The notes: a model not told the origin generated them from the sequence alone. DNA of 64,000 nucleotides from Desulfobacterales bacterium (GCA_963668645.2 CAXXWC010000021.1:960001-1024000); one strand, 5' to 3'. Positions 38,068 through 51,156 are shown, counted from the first letter of the stretch. Translations and numbers: made by a program.

Positions 38068-39841
38068 CAAAGTCTTTTCAACCTACGAGCAAACCCGTCT
38101 GTCCATGCGCCCGGCCATCCAGGGCCGGCACGGCATGATCGTATCCGGTCACTGCCTGGCCAGCCGGGCCGGCATGCGAATTCTCGACCGGGGCGGCAAC
38201 GCCGTCGACGCCGGTGTGGCCGCCGGCATCTGCCTGGGAGTTCTCCAGTCGGACATGGTCAATTTCGCCGGCGTGGCCCCCATCATGGTCTACGAGGCCG
38301 CCAGCGGCGCGCTTGCCACCATCAGCGGGCTGGGCCCCTGGCCCAAGGCTGCCTCGGTCGATTTTTTCATGCAACACCACGGGGGCCGGCTGCCGGAAGG
38401 GATTCTGCGCACCGTCGTACCGGCGGCCCCGGACGCCTGGATCACGGCCTTGATGCGTTACGGTACGATGCGTTTCGCCGACGTGGCACACGACGCCATC
38501 GAGCTTGCCGCCGACGGCTTCCCCATGCACCAGTTTCTTTACAACAGCCTGGTCGAACTGAGAGCCAAATACCTCCAGTGGCCTGAAAACGCCGCCATCT
38601 ATCTGCCGCGCGACGGCATGCCCTGCCGTCCGGGCGAAATCTTTCGCCAGAAGGATCTGGCCACCACGATCCGCAAAATGGCGGCCGCCGAAGACCGCAC
38701 GCGCTTTGCGGGCCGGCAGGCGGCCCTACAGGCGGCACGCGACGAGTTTTACAAAGGATCAATCGCCGAGACCATCGTCGACTACCACCGCCGGCACGGC
38801 GGCTTGCTCAGCGCCCAGGACCTGTCCGATTTCTCGGTGGCCGTGGAAAAACCGCTGCAGATCGACTTCAAGGACTACCAGGTCTACGGCTGCGGTCCCT
38901 GGTGCCAGGGCCCGGCCCTGCTGCAGGTCCTCAATCTGATCGAAGGCTGGGATCTTGGCCAGCTCGGCCATAACAGCCCGGCCTACATCCACCTGCTCAC
39001 CGAAGCGCTCAAACTGGTCTTCGCCGACCGCGACCGGTACTACACCGATCCAGATTTTAGCGCCGTGCCGATCCGGGGTTTGCTGTCCAAGGACTATGCG
39101 GCCGCCCGGCGCGCCGCACTCGATCTGGACCGGGCTTGGCCCGAAATGCCGCCGGCCGGCAACCCATGGGATTTCGAAGCATCGACGTCCGCCGTGCCCA
39201 TCGGGCAAAACCGGGCCTACCGGCATCCCGAACCGAATCCGGCGCCCAACGATCAGCTCGATACGAGCTATGTCTGCGTGGTGGACCGCTACGGCAACTG
39301 CTTTTCGGCCACCCCCAGCGACATGTCGTACACCACCGAAATCATCCCGGGAACCGGACTGGCGGTATCCTCGCGCGGGGCCCAGTCCTGGGTGGATCCG
39401 GATCATCCGTGCGCCATCGCCGGCGGCAAGCGGCCGCGCCTGACCCCCAACCCGGTCATGATCTTCAAGGACGGCCGACCCCACATCGTGCTGGGCACGC
39501 CGGGCGGCGACACCCAGTGCCAGACCATGCTCCAGGCTTTCTTGAACATCGTCGAATTCGGCATGGAACCCCAGCTGGCGGTGGAGATGCCGCGCTTTTC
39601 GACCTTCAGTTTTCCCAACTCCTTCTACCCCCACGATTACCACCCCGGATTGCTGCGCATGGAAAAACGCATCGACGCCGGGGTGGTTCAGGCTCTCGAA
39701 GCCAGAGGACACCGGGTAGAGTTATGGCCCGAATGGGCCTGGAAGGCCGGCGGCGTCTGCGCCATCGTCATCGACCGGCAAAACGGGGTGCTCACCGGCG
39801 CGGCCGACCCGCGACGCGAATCTTACGCCATCGGTTGGTAG
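38057..39841 (+). CDS. Gamma-glutamyltransferase-family Ntn hydrolase (YwrD/HpxW-like)
   Basis: GGNAVDAGVA, LDTSYVCVVD nucleophile Thr, KRPRLTPNP, GTPGGD, GAADPRR; no signal peptide. Confidence 0.88.
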   Translation: MSDDKVFSTYEQTRLSMRPAIQGRHGMIVSGHCLASRAGMRILDRGGNAVDAGVAAGICLGVLQSDMVNFAGVAPIMVYEAASGALATISGLGPWPKAASVDFFMQHHGGRLPEGILRTVVPAAPDAWITALMRYGTMRFADVAHDAIELAADGFPMHQFLYNSLVELRAKYLQWPENAAIYLPRDGMPCRPGEIFRQKDLATTIRKMAAAEDRTRFAGRQAALQAARDEFYKGSIAETIVDYHRRHGGLLSAQDLSDFSVAVEKPLQIDFKDYQVYGCGPWCQGPALLQVLNLIEGWDLGQLGHNSPAYIHLLTEALKLVFADRDRYYTDPDFSAVPIRGLLSKDYAAARRAALDLDRAWPEMPPAGNPWDFEASTSAVPIGQNRAYRHPEPNPAPNDQLDTSYVCVVDRYGNCFSATPSDMSYTTEIIPGTGLAVSSRGAQSWVDPDHPCAIAGGKRPRLTPNPVMIFKDGRPHIVLGTPGGDTQCQTMLQAFLNIVEFGMEPQLAVEMPRFSTFSFPNSFYPHDYHPGLLRMEKRIDAGVVQALEARGHRVELWPEWAWKAGGVCAIVIDRQNGVLTGAADPRRESYAIGW

Positions 39842-39863
39842 GCCCTTCTTGGTGCTGTTGTGA

Positions 39864-40799
39864 TCAGTCAGGAAGGTGACGGTCCAGCCAGGCGATGGCA
39901 TCACCGAAGACCTCGGCCCGGTTGGTTTCGTTGAGCATTTCGTGGCGGCCGTCCTCGTAAAAGCGCACCGTCACGTCCTGGATCCCGGCCTGCCGGTAGG
40001 CCTCGACAACCCGCCGCACCCCCCGGGTGTTGTCGCCCACCGGGTCCATGGACCCGGAAAAAAGGTAGATCGGCAGATGCTTGGGAATTCGGGCGATGTT
40101 TTGCGGCCGGTGGATCCAGGCCAGCCCGGTGAGCAGGTCGGCGAAGAAGCCGGCGCTGAACACCGCGCCGCAGTACGGATCGTCGATGTACTTGTCCACC
40201 TCGGCCCCATCCCGCGAAAGCCAGTCGAACTCGGTGCGGGCCGGGGCGAACGGCTTGTTGAAGCCGCCGAAGGACATCCGGTTGAGCAGCAGGCTAGGGG
40301 TCCGGCGGCCTTTCAAAGAGCCGATGATCCGAGCCAGAACCAGCCCGACCTTGCCCGGCAGGCCCGGATCGGCGCCCGTTCCCGAAAGCAGCGCCCCGGC
40401 GATCCCCTCCGCATCCTGGATGACAGCGGTGCGCACCAGAAAAGAGCCCATGCTGTGGCCCAGTAGGAAAAGAAGCGCATCCGGGTGCCGGGCCCTGATC
40501 AGGTCCGAGAGCTGGCGCAGATCGGCCGTCACCTTGAACCACCCATCCTGATCGGCGAAGTATCCCATCCGAGACGGGTCGCCCGCCGTTCGGCCGTGCC
40601 CCCGGTGGTCGTTGGCATAGACCGCGTAGCCGGCGGCACACAGGGCCCGGGCAAAACGGGCGTAACGGCCGGCGTGTTCGGCCATGCCGTGGACGATCTG
40701 GACCACGGCCTTGACCGGCGTGTCCGGCTCCGGAAGCCAGCGGTAGGTGAAGATCTGAACCCCGTCGGATGTGCCTAAAGTGAAGGTATCGGATTGCAT
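39864..40799 (-). CDS. Alpha/beta hydrolase, lysophospholipase type
   Basis: HGMAEH, DHRGHG, GHSMG, RHEMLNE; probable start MQSDTF. Confidence 0.9.
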   Translation of the reverse strand: MQSDTFTLGTSDGVQIFTYRWLPEPDTPVKAVVQIVHGMAEHAGRYARFARALCAAGYAVYANDHRGHGRTAGDPSRMGYFADQDGWFKVTADLRQLSDLIRARHPDALLFLLGHSMGSFLVRTAVIQDAEGIAGALLSGTGADPGLPGKVGLVLARIIGSLKGRRTPSLLLNRMSFGGFNKPFAPARTEFDWLSRDGAEVDKYIDDPYCGAVFSAGFFADLLTGLAWIHRPQNIARIPKHLPIYLFSGSMDPVGDNTRGVRRVVEAYRQAGIQDVTVRFYEDGRHEMLNETNRAEVFGDAIAWLDRHLPD

Positions 40800-40902
40800 G
40801 GGCCTGCTCCGGGTAGCGGGTTGGAGCGACGGTTGCCGCCGATCTGCCGGACCGGTCCGACCGGTCTTGGAAATGACCGATTGCCAGGCGGAACGACCGG
40901 CC

Positions 40903-42032
<1,130 letters not shown>

Positions 42033-42060
<28 letters not shown>

Positions 42061-43229
42061 GGCAGTCCGTGGCGACCGAGGGCTTCCATAAAGGGATCCG
42101 GGTCGAATTGTTCCATATTGAAGACCCCCTGGCCGCGCCAGCGCCCGGTGAGCATCATCATGGCCCCGATCATGGCCGGCACCCCGGTGGTGTAGGAAAT
42201 GGCCTGGGCTCCGGTCTCGGCAAAGGCTTGCTGGTGATCGCAGACGTTGTACACGTAATAGCGCTTGGCCCGGCCGTCCTTGACACCCCGGATAAAACAG
42301 CCGATGCAGGTCTTGCCCCGGGTCTTGGGCCCCAGGCTGGACGGATCGGGCAGCAGTGCCTTGAGAAACTGGAGGGGTACGATCTTCGTTCCACCGAAGT
42401 CCACCGGGTCGATGCGCGTCATGCCCACGTTGCCGAGCACCTCCAGGTGCTTGAGGTAGCTGTCGCCGAAGGTCATCCAGAAGCGGGCGCGCTTGAGTCC
42501 CGGCAGGTTGAGCACCAGTGATTCAAGTTCCTCGTGGTACATCAGGTAGCACTTTTTGGGACCGATCCCTTCGGGAAAATCGTAGCTCATGGACCAGGCC
42601 AGCGGATCGGTTTCGATCCATTCGCCGCGGTCCCAGTAGCGGCCCCGGGCCGTGACCTCGCGGATGTTGATCTCCGGGTTGAAGTTGGTGGCAAAGGGCT
42701 GGCCATGGTCGCCGGCGTTGCAATCGATGATGTCCAGTTCGTGAACCTCGTCGAAGTGGTGCTTGACCGCATGGGCGCAAAAGACGTTGGTCACCCCCGG
42801 ATCGAATCCGCTGCCCAGCAGGGCCATGATCCCCCGCTGGCGGAAACGCTCCTGGTAGGCCCACTGCCACTTGTACTCGAACTTGGCCAGATCCGGCGGC
42901 TCGTAGTTGGCCGTGTCCATATAATCCACCCCGCATTCCAGGCAGGCGTCCATGATGGATAGATCCTGATACGGCAAGGCCAGATTGACCACCAAAGCCG
43001 GTTCAAAAGCGCGGATCAGTTGCGCCACGGCCGCAAGATCGTCCGCATCGATTTTGGCCGTTTCCACGCGCTGCCCGCTGCGGCGCTGCACATCGGCGGC
43101 GATGGCCTCGCATTTTTCCACCGTGCGGCTGGCAAGCAGTATCTTTGAAAACACCTCGGGCACCTGGGCACACTTGTGTACCGCGACATTGGACACGCCG
43201 CCGGCGCCGATGATTAACACTTTAGCCAT
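42033..43229 (-). CDS. Carboxy(nor)spermidine dehydrogenase (saccharopine dehydrogenase family)
   Basis: IIGAGGV, DTANYE, GFDPGVT, TNFNPEINIRE, YHEELESL; overlaps nspC. Confidence 0.92.
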
Positions 43230-43456
43230 ACGAGACTCCTCTGTCTGGGATGGTGATACCGGGTGAATACGACCCCGAATACCCAAGACCATACCCTATT
43301 TCAAAAGCCGTGCAAAGATAATGGACAGCCGCTGCAAAATGGCTTAAAAAATTTGTTTCCTCGTTTAGAGGCGGAACCCTTCGCGCTGGAAAGCGCCGGC
43401 GCCCGAGAAAAGTTATGCTCAGCCTCTCAACCTTTGCCCATGCGGCCATCGCCTCG

Positions 43457-44521
43457 ATGAACCTGAACCTGCTGGAGCTGACCTTTGATCAACTGACCGC
43501 CGCCTTGCAGCGCGAATACGGGCGCGGTGCCTACCACGGCGCCGCACTGATGCGCGAGTTCTACGGCCGCGGCAATCCCAAGGCCTACGAGGCGCCGGAG
43601 GTGCAGGCCTCGAAAGACCTCGCCCGGCGCCTGCACCTCGATCTGGCGCCGGTGCCGGGAGCGGTGGTCAAGGAAACCGAAAGCCAGGGGGTGGTCAAGT
43701 TCGTCACCCGCTTCGAAGACGGCGGCACCGTCGAATCGGTAGTCTTGCCCATGGCCACCCACGCCACGGTGTGCGTCTCGAGCCAGGTCGGATGCCGCAT
43801 GGGATGCCGGTTTTGCGAAACGGCACGCATGGGGTGGCAGCGCAACCTTAGCCCGGCCGAGATCACGGGCCAGGTCTGGACCGCCCGGCGCCGCTTCGGC
43901 GCCCGGGTGCGCAACGTGGTCTTCATGGGCATGGGCGAACCCCTGGACAATTTTTCAGCCGTGGAGCAGGCCATACGTGTCCTCAACGATCAGCGGGGGC
44001 TGGACGTGGCGCTTCGCCATATGACGGTTTCCACCTGCGGCCTGGCCGACGGGATTCACCGGCTGGCCGCCCTGGGGTTTCCCCACCTCAAGCTGGCCGT
44101 TTCCCTCAATGCGGCCGACGACCGCCTGCGCGATTGGCTCATGCCGGTCAATCGCCGCTTTCCTCTGGCGCACCTCAAAGAGGCTCTGGCCGCTTACCCG
44201 CTGGGCAAAGACGACGCCATCATGGCGGCCTATGTGCTGATTCCAGGGATCAATGACCGGTCCGGGGACGCCGCAGCGGTGGCCCGCTTCCTGGCGCCGC
44301 TGCGCTCGCGCATCAACCTGATCCCCTTCAACCCCGGCATCCGTCCCGAGTACCCGGCCCCCGGTGAGGAACAAATCGAGGCTTTCGCCCGCCTTTTGAC
44401 CGATGCCGGGGTCTTCGTCTGCCGGCGCAACACCAAGGGCCGGGATCTTATGGCGGCCTGCGGCCAGCTCGGCGGGCGCTCCGGCCGGCCACCGCAGCCC
44501 GGGCGCGCAGACTCAGGCTGA
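43457..44521 (+). CDS. rlmN: RlmN-family radical SAM RNA methyltransferase
   Basis: CVSSQVGCRMGCRFC, MGMGEP, AACGQL; may be a paralog. Confidence 0.8.
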   Translation: MNLNLLELTFDQLTAALQREYGRGAYHGAALMREFYGRGNPKAYEAPEVQASKDLARRLHLDLAPVPGAVVKETESQGVVKFVTRFEDGGTVESVVLPMATHATVCVSSQVGCRMGCRFCETARMGWQRNLSPAEITGQVWTARRRFGARVRNVVFMGMGEPLDNFSAVEQAIRVLNDQRGLDVALRHMTVSTCGLADGIHRLAALGFPHLKLAVSLNAADDRLRDWLMPVNRRFPLAHLKEALAAYPLGKDDAIMAAYVLIPGINDRSGDAAAVARFLAPLRSRINLIPFNPGIRPEYPAPGEEQIEAFARLLTDAGVFVCRRNTKGRDLMAACGQLGGRSGRPPQPGRADSG

Positions 44522-44715
44522 GGCCGCCTGATTTTAAGCTACCCTGCCCAATTCGGGGTCCGCACTTCCGCCCCTTGGCCAAACCGGCAGATCCCGAATT
44601 CATCGAGAATCGCCGGGACGCGGCCCCCCTCCCTTGCCTAACGGCGCCGATCGGTATATGAAGGCAGGCATCCGGCCTCTCGGGGCCATGACCCATAGCC
44701 TCAAAGAGCCCTTTC

Positions 44716-46425
44716 ATGCCCAGATCCCCCAAGCCTTCCGGCATCGGCGGATTGGCCCGTTTCGGCGCCATTCTGCGTGTTTTGGTGCGTCACGGCTTCG
44801 GCAGCCTCCTGGACCGCATCGGCGCCCGAACCGGGGTCGATTCATCCCGGTCCGGCACCGAGACCCCGCCCCGGCGCGGCTTTCCCACCCCCATCCGCCT
44901 GCGCCGGGCACTGGAAGAGCTCGGCCCCAGCTTCATCAAGCTGGGCCAGATGCTCAGTTTGCGGGGCGATCTGATTCCCCTGGCCTATGTCGAGGAACTG
45001 CGCAAGCTTCAGGACCAGGTGTCCCCTATCCCTTTTGCCCAAATCCGCCGCACCATCGAAACAGAACTTGAAAAGCCTTTGAGCGAGGTCTGGGAGACGC
45101 TGGACGAGACGGCCATGGCGGCCGCTTCGGTGGCCCAGGTCCATCTTGGACGGCTCCGCGACGGCACCCGGGTGGCGGTCAAAGTGATCCGGCCGGGCAT
45201 CACCAAGCATATCCGTGAAGACATCGGCCTGATGTATTACTTTGCCGAAAGGCTCGAACGCCACTTCGAGTTCGGCCGCATCATAGGCGCCACAAATGTG
45301 GTGCGCGAGTTCGAACGCACGATTTTCCGAGAACTGGATATGTTCATCGAAGCGGGTAGCATCGAAAAATTCGGTGCCAACTTCGCCGGTTCCACCGAAA
45401 TCGTCATCCCCGAGGTTTATTGGGACTTTACCACCCGCAGCGTCCTGGTGATGACATGCATGGACGGGATCAAGATGGACCGGGTGGCCGAACTGAAGGC
45501 CGCCGGTCTCGATCCCAAGCGGGTGGCGCGCATCGGGTTGCGCGGGCTCTCACGCCAGTTGATGGAATTCGGCTTCTTTCACGCCGACCCCCACCCGGCC
45601 AACACCATCGTTTTGGCCGACGGGCGGGTCAGCCTGGTCGATTTCGGGATCACCGGATACCTGGACGACGAAACCATGCGCCAGTTGGCGCATCTTTTCC
45701 TCGGCTACGCCGAGCGCGACTACGAGCAGGTGATGGACGCCCTGCTGGAAGCCGGCCTGATCAACGAAGAGATGGACCTGGCGGCCTTTAAAGCCGATCT
45801 GAAGGACATGAGCGAGGTCTTTTACGGCCGGTCGCTGGCCACCATCTCGGTCAAGGATGTCTACGACCAGGTGATGGACCTGGCCTTCAAATACAAGATC
45901 CGGTTTCCGCGCAACCTCCTGCTGCTCTTCAAGACCCTGATCCAGACAGAAGCCCTGGGCAAGATCCTCGGATCGGACGCCAGCTTACTCGAGTTCACCA
46001 GGCCGTACGCCCGCCGTCTGCTGCGCCGTGAAATGCACGCCGAAAGGCTGTGGCGCACCATCGGCCGGGACGGCCGGCTTCTGACCCGCACCCTGCGCCG
46101 GATGCCCCGGCATCTGGACACCATCGTACGCAACACCGCCGCCGGCCGCCAAGCCCTGGCCCTGCGCCACAGCGGCTTCGAGAATCTTTACGGGAAGCTG
46201 GAAAAAGGGATCAACCGGCTGACCATCGGGCTGATCATCTCGGCCTCGACCATTGCCGCGGCCCTGATCCTCAACAGCGGCCAGCAGGTGCTGGAGTTCA
46301 GCGTCGATTTCTTCGGCCCCCAGTCCCTCTCCTTGACCGGAATCCTGGGCCTGACCGGCTACACCATCGCCACCGTGCTGGGGGTTTGGCTGATCGTGTC
46401 GATTTTCCGTTCCGGACGCCTCTGA
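44716..46425 (+). CDS. ABC1/UbiB atypical kinase family protein
   Basis: LGPSFIKLGQ, AASVAQVH, VAVKV, HADPHPAN, DFG. Confidence 0.9.
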   Translation: MPRSPKPSGIGGLARFGAILRVLVRHGFGSLLDRIGARTGVDSSRSGTETPPRRGFPTPIRLRRALEELGPSFIKLGQMLSLRGDLIPLAYVEELRKLQDQVSPIPFAQIRRTIETELEKPLSEVWETLDETAMAAASVAQVHLGRLRDGTRVAVKVIRPGITKHIREDIGLMYYFAERLERHFEFGRIIGATNVVREFERTIFRELDMFIEAGSIEKFGANFAGSTEIVIPEVYWDFTTRSVLVMTCMDGIKMDRVAELKAAGLDPKRVARIGLRGLSRQLMEFGFFHADPHPANTIVLADGRVSLVDFGITGYLDDETMRQLAHLFLGYAERDYEQVMDALLEAGLINEEMDLAAFKADLKDMSEVFYGRSLATISVKDVYDQVMDLAFKYKIRFPRNLLLLFKTLIQTEALGKILGSDASLLEFTRPYARRLLRREMHAERLWRTIGRDGRLLTRTLRRMPRHLDTIVRNTAAGRQALALRHSGFENLYGKLEKGINRLTIGLIISASTIAAALILNSGQQVLEFSVDFFGPQSLSLTGILGLTGYTIATVLGVWLIVSIFRSGRL

Positions 46426-46547
46426 CACTTCAACGCTTTGCGGCCGGGCGCATCGGCCCGCCCGAGTCCCCCTTGCCAAAATCCAAACCGTTCTTACTCT
46501 GCCACGGCAAAAGTCGAGACCGTCAACCTTGAACCCATCGGAAGAAC

Positions 46548-48392
46548 ATGATGCCAGAATCAATTCGCAACAACGCGCTGCGCAACATCGCTATCATCGC
46601 CCATGTCGACCACGGCAAGACCACCCTGGTGGATGCCATGTTCCGCCAAAGCGGCCTGTTCCGCGAAAACCAGGCCGTGGATGAACGGGTCATGGACACC
46701 ATGGACCTGGAACGCGAACGGGGCATCACCATCGCGGCCAAAAACTGCTCGGTGCTCTGGAAAAAAGTGCGCATCAACATCATCGACACCCCGGGGCACG
46801 CCGACTTCGGCGGCGAGGTGGAGCGGGCCCTGTCCATGGTCGACGGGGCCATCTTGCTGGTGGACGCCTCGGAAGGCCCCCTGCCCCAGACCCGCTTCGT
46901 TCTCAAAAAGGCTCTCCAGGCCGGCCTGAAAATCATCGTCGTGATCAACAAGATCGACCGCCCCGACGCCCGCCCCGACCAGGTCCTGGACGAAATCTAC
47001 GACCTGCTCATCGACCTGGACGCCACGGACGAGCAGCTCGAGTTCCCCCTGCTTTACGCCATCGGCCGCCAGGGGATCGCCCAGCGCACCCTCGACGAAG
47101 CCGGCACCGACTTGCACATCCTGCTGGATACGATCATCGACAAGATTCCCGGTCCGTCCTACGATCCGGCGGCTCCTTTTCAGATGCGCGTCTCGGACCT
47201 GGGCTATTCGGACTATCTGGGGCGCCTGGCGGTGGGCAAGATCTTCAACGGCACCGTAGCGGCCCGCGACGCTCTGGTCTGCATCGGCCGGGATGGCACG
47301 GCCCAGCCCCTGAAAGTTTCCAAACTCCAGATCTATCAGGGCATCTCGCTGCAGGAGGTCGAAACGGCCCAGTCCGGCGACATCGTGGTCCTGGCCGGGA
47401 TCGAACGGGTCACCATCGGCGATACGATCTGCAACGCCCAGGCACCCCGGGCCCTGGAACGGATCCATGTCGACGCGCCAACGGTGTCGATGAAGTTCGT
47501 GTTCAGCGACTCGCCCTTTGCCGGCCGCGAGGGGCGCTACGTGCAGATGAGCCGCATCCGTGAACGGCTGTTGAAGGAGACCCTGCGCAACGTGGCCGTC
47601 CAGGTGGAGGCCGGAGAGGACAAGGAAAGTGTGCTGGTCAAAGGGCGCGGCGAATTTCAGCTCGCCATCCTCATCGAGACCATGCGCCGGGAAGGCTACG
47701 AGTTCTGCGTGGGGCGGCCCGAGGTGATCATGCACCATACGGACCAGGGTGTCCTGGAGCCCATCGAGCGGCTGCTGGTGGACTGTGAGGAGCGTTTTAT
47801 GGGCATCGTCACTGAAAAGCTCACCCTGCGCAAGGGACGGATGACCAATCTGGTCAACAATGGCAAAGGACGGGTGCGACTGGAGTTTTCCGTGCCCACC
47901 CGGGCCCTGATCGGCTACCGCGACGAGTTTCTCACCGACACCCGCGGCACCGGGATCATGCATGCGCGCTTCGAGGGCTACGAGGCCTACCGGGGCGACT
48001 GTCCCAGCCGCTTTACCGGTTCCATCGTGGCCGACCGGGACGGCGCGGCCGTGGCCTACGCCCTGTTCAACCTCGAACCCCGCGGGCGGCTCTTTATCGT
48101 GCCCGGCACCCCGGTCTACGAAGGCATGATCATCGGCGAGCACAACCGCGGCCGCGACATCGATGTCAACCCGTGCAAAGAAAAAAAGCTCACCAACATG
48201 CGCGCCGCGGGCAAGGACGACAATGTGCTGCTCTCGCCGGTGGCGTCTTTGACCCTCGAACAGGTTATCGCCTTTATCCGAGAAGACGAACTGGTGGAGG
48301 TCACCCCCCTCTCCATACGGCTGCGCAAGATGCATCTGTCGGCCGACAAGCGCCAAAAGGCCTTCCGGGCCAAACGCAAGGCCGAGGTCTGA
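46548..48392 (+). CDS. typA: Translational GTPase TypA/BipA
   Basis: [38 protein letters not shown]. Confidence 0.97.
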   Translation: MMPESIRNNALRNIAIIAHVDHGKTTLVDAMFRQSGLFRENQAVDERVMDTMDLERERGITIAAKNCSVLWKKVRINIIDTPGHADFGGEVERALSMVDGAILLVDASEGPLPQTRFVLKKALQAGLKIIVVINKIDRPDARPDQVLDEIYDLLIDLDATDEQLEFPLLYAIGRQGIAQRTLDEAGTDLHILLDTIIDKIPGPSYDPAAPFQMRVSDLGYSDYLGRLAVGKIFNGTVAARDALVCIGRDGTAQPLKVSKLQIYQGISLQEVETAQSGDIVVLAGIERVTIGDTICNAQAPRALERIHVDAPTVSMKFVFSDSPFAGREGRYVQMSRIRERLLKETLRNVAVQVEAGEDKESVLVKGRGEFQLAILIETMRREGYEFCVGRPEVIMHHTDQGVLEPIERLLVDCEERFMGIVTEKLTLRKGRMTNLVNNGKGRVRLEFSVPTRALIGYRDEFLTDTRGTGIMHARFEGYEAYRGDCPSRFTGSIVADRDGAAVAYALFNLEPRGRLFIVPGTPVYEGMIIGEHNRGRDIDVNPCKEKKLTNMRAAGKDDNVLLSPVASLTLEQVIAFIREDELVEVTPLSIRLRKMHLSADKRQKAFRAKRKAEV

Positions 48393-48445
48393 AAATCGCC
48401 GGTCCCGTGTAGTAAGGCCGGTCCGGCAAGCTGGAGCCAGGTCAT

Positions 48446-49171
48446 TCAGTCATCCAGATGCGCTGCGATGGCTTGGCGCAGACGTTCGCCCGTCTCCTCG
48501 ACGCTCAGGTCTTTGAAGCTTTCGAAAGGCACCGGGTCAAGCACTTCGATGCGGATATGATGCCGTCCGTGGAAGTTGAGGCTGTACTTGGGCAGGGCCT
48601 TGCGGGTGCCGTGGATCACCACCGGCAGGATCGGCAGGCGCAGGCGGTGGGCCAGGATAAAGGCCCCGGGTTTGAAAGGCCTGAGTTCCCCGGTGGCCGA
48701 GCGGGTCCCTTCCGGGAAGAAGAATACCGAACTGCCGGAACGCAGGGCCCGCTCGCAGGCTGCCATCATGCGCTGGACGCTCTGCTTGTCGCCCCGGCGC
48801 AAGCGGATATAGCCATTGAGCACCATGTTCCAGCCGATGAAGGGGATCCGGAAGACTTCGGCCTTGGAAACCCACTTGAATGGGAAAAAGAGGCGAAAGG
48901 CGGCCAGGATGTCGAGCTGGCTCTGGTGGTTGGAGACGATGATGTAGGTCTGCCGCGGATCGATGCGCTCGCGACCGGTCAAGGAAAGCCGCCAGGCCGG
49001 CATGGTCCAGATATAGAGGCAGGCCCAGAAGGAGGTGAACATGTGCAGCGCCACCCGGCGCCGGTCGAAGGAGGCCGTAACGAGCCGGATGGCCAGAGCC
49101 ACGACGAAGAGCAGGGCCGAGGACAGCCCCATGTAAAACAGAAAGAAGGCGGCGATCAGTCGGTTCAGCAT
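48446..49171 (-). CDS. 1-acyl-sn-glycerol-3-phosphate acyltransferase family
   Basis: NHQSQLD, FPEGTRS, FKPGAF; probable start MLNRLI. Confidence 0.9.
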   Translation of the reverse strand: MLNRLIAAFFLFYMGLSSALLFVVALAIRLVTASFDRRRVALHMFTSFWACLYIWTMPAWRLSLTGRERIDPRQTYIIVSNHQSQLDILAAFRLFFPFKWVSKAEVFRIPFIGWNMVLNGYIRLRRGDKQSVQRMMAACERALRSGSSVFFFPEGTRSATGELRPFKPGAFILAHRLRLPILPVVIHGTRKALPKYSLNFHGRHHIRIEVLDPVPFESFKDLSVEETGERLRQAIAAHLDD

Positions 49172-49327
49172 CGGTCCGTCGACGTTGCGGTTATCCTCGG
49201 GCAGCGGGAAAAAGGGCTGCGGAGCGCTCGGCTTCAGCATCCAGGCGGATCGCTGCAGCCCTTGCCTGGGTCGGTGGAAAGCCGTTGTGCAGGATGCCCC
49301 GCCCCACGCTAGGGCAGGGCTCGCGGC

Positions 49328-50949
49328 TCAGGCCTCGCACTCGACCGGCATCGCCGGCCCGATGGTCTCGGCGAATTCGAGCGGCGTGATGCTCTGGACC
49401 AACGGCAGGTCACGGATCGCCTGCAGGGCTTCGGCCGGGATCTGGGTACTGGTCTTCATAAAGATGATGTTGTGCTCCCCGCTGGCGTCCTGGCCCACCT
49501 GCATCTGGTCGATATTTACGCCGAAGCGGCCCAGGGTGGTGCCGATGCTGCCGATGGCCCCGGCTTGTCCTGGTTGTAGATCAGCGCCAGATGGCCGCAG
49601 GGAATCAGTTCGAGGCGGAAGTTGTTGATGCGCACCACCCGCGGGTCGTTCTTGCCGAAAAGCGTTCCGGCCACCGTGTTGCGCATCTCGGTGCTCACCA
49701 CGGTGACGGTGACCAGGCTCAGGAAGATATCGCTCTCGGAGCTGGTGCTTTCCGCCACCCGGATCCCGCGCTCCTTGGCGATGGACTGGGCGTTGACGAA
49801 GTTGACGTCGTCCTTGACCTCCTTGGTCAGCAGCCCCTTCAAGATGGCGATGGAAACCGGAGAAAGATCCAACCCCTTGAAGTCTCCGGCGTACTCGATG
49901 ATCACTTCCTTGACCGGACCACGCACCAACTGGCCCTGAAGGCATCCGATCTGCTCGCCAATGCTCAGATAGGGGCCGATCTTTTGCAGCAGTTCGCCAG
50001 TGACCGAGGGTGCGTTGACCGCGTTGATAATGGTGCCGGTTTTCAAATAGGCGATGATCTGTTCGGCCACAGCCACGGCCACATTGGTCTGGGCCTCGCG
50101 GGTCGAGGCGCCCAGGTGGGGCGTGCCGATGACCCGCGGCAGTTTGAACAGCGGCGAGTCGCCCGGAGGCTCGGTCTCGAAAACATCCAGGGCCGCGCCG
50201 GCCACCTTGCCCGAGGCCAGCGCCTCGACCAGGTCCTTTTCCACCACCAGCCCACCCCGGGCGCAGTTGATCAGCATCACCCCGTCCTTCATCCTGGCAA
50301 AGGCGGCCGCATCGATCATTCCCAGGGTGTCCTTGAGTTTGGGCACATGAATGGTGATGTAGTCAGCCCGGGCATAAAGGTCGTCCAGGCTCACGGCTTC
50401 AAAGCCGGCCTTTTCGATCTGCTCGGGGGTGACGAACGGATCGTAGACGATCACCTGCATCTTCAGGCCCCGGGCCCGGTCGGCGACAATGGAACCGATC
50501 TTGCCCATCCCGATGACACCCAGCACCTTGTTGTACAACTCCCGGCCCTGGAGCTTCTTTTTGTCCCAGCGCCCTTCGCGTAGCGAAAGGGTCCCGTCGG
50601 GGATATTGCGCGAAAGAGCCATCATCATGGCGATGGCGTGTTCGGCGGTGGTGATGGCGTTGCCCCCCGGGGTGTTCATCACGATCACCCCGCGCTTGGT
50701 GGCCGCGCTGATATCCACGTTGTCCAGGCCGATCCCGGCCCTTCCCACCACCTTCAGCTTCTTGGCGGCCGCCAGCAGCTCCGCCGTCACCTTGGTGGCG
50801 CTGCGGATCGCCAGGGCGTCGTAGTCGCCGATGATCGCCTTGAGGGCCTCGGGATCGAGGCCGGTTTTCACGTCGACTTCGATCCCTCCGGCATTGCGGA
50901 ACATTTCAACCCCGATGTTCTCCAGATTGTCGCTGACCAGAACTTTCAT
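49328..50949 (-). CDS. serA: D-3-phosphoglycerate dehydrogenase with a 1-nt frameshift at the start of the ACT domain
   Basis: RAGIGLDNVD, TPHLGASTREAQ; ...NQDKPG continues as AIGSIGTTLGRFGVNI... in another frame at the 49558-49561 homopolymer. Confidence 0.9.
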
Positions 50950-51156
50950 CTCTCCCCCTCTGATTGGCTGAAGGCATGACCGCGCACCGGCCGTGCCGGA
51001 TCGTGTAAAAAAGCAACGTTTTAATAAGTCTTATCCACGGAACCTTGTCAAGCGGTTCCCGCAACAAACGTTCTTCGGGCACGGATGGCAGGCGCAACAA
51101 TTCAATTTTCGGCTCTCACCACAAGGTCACAGCGGCTTGGGCCATTTGACAAATCT

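Noticed and set aside
43457..44521. Cfr-type resistance methyltransferase
   Set aside because: The MGMGEP motif and chromosomal context fit RlmN-like proteins
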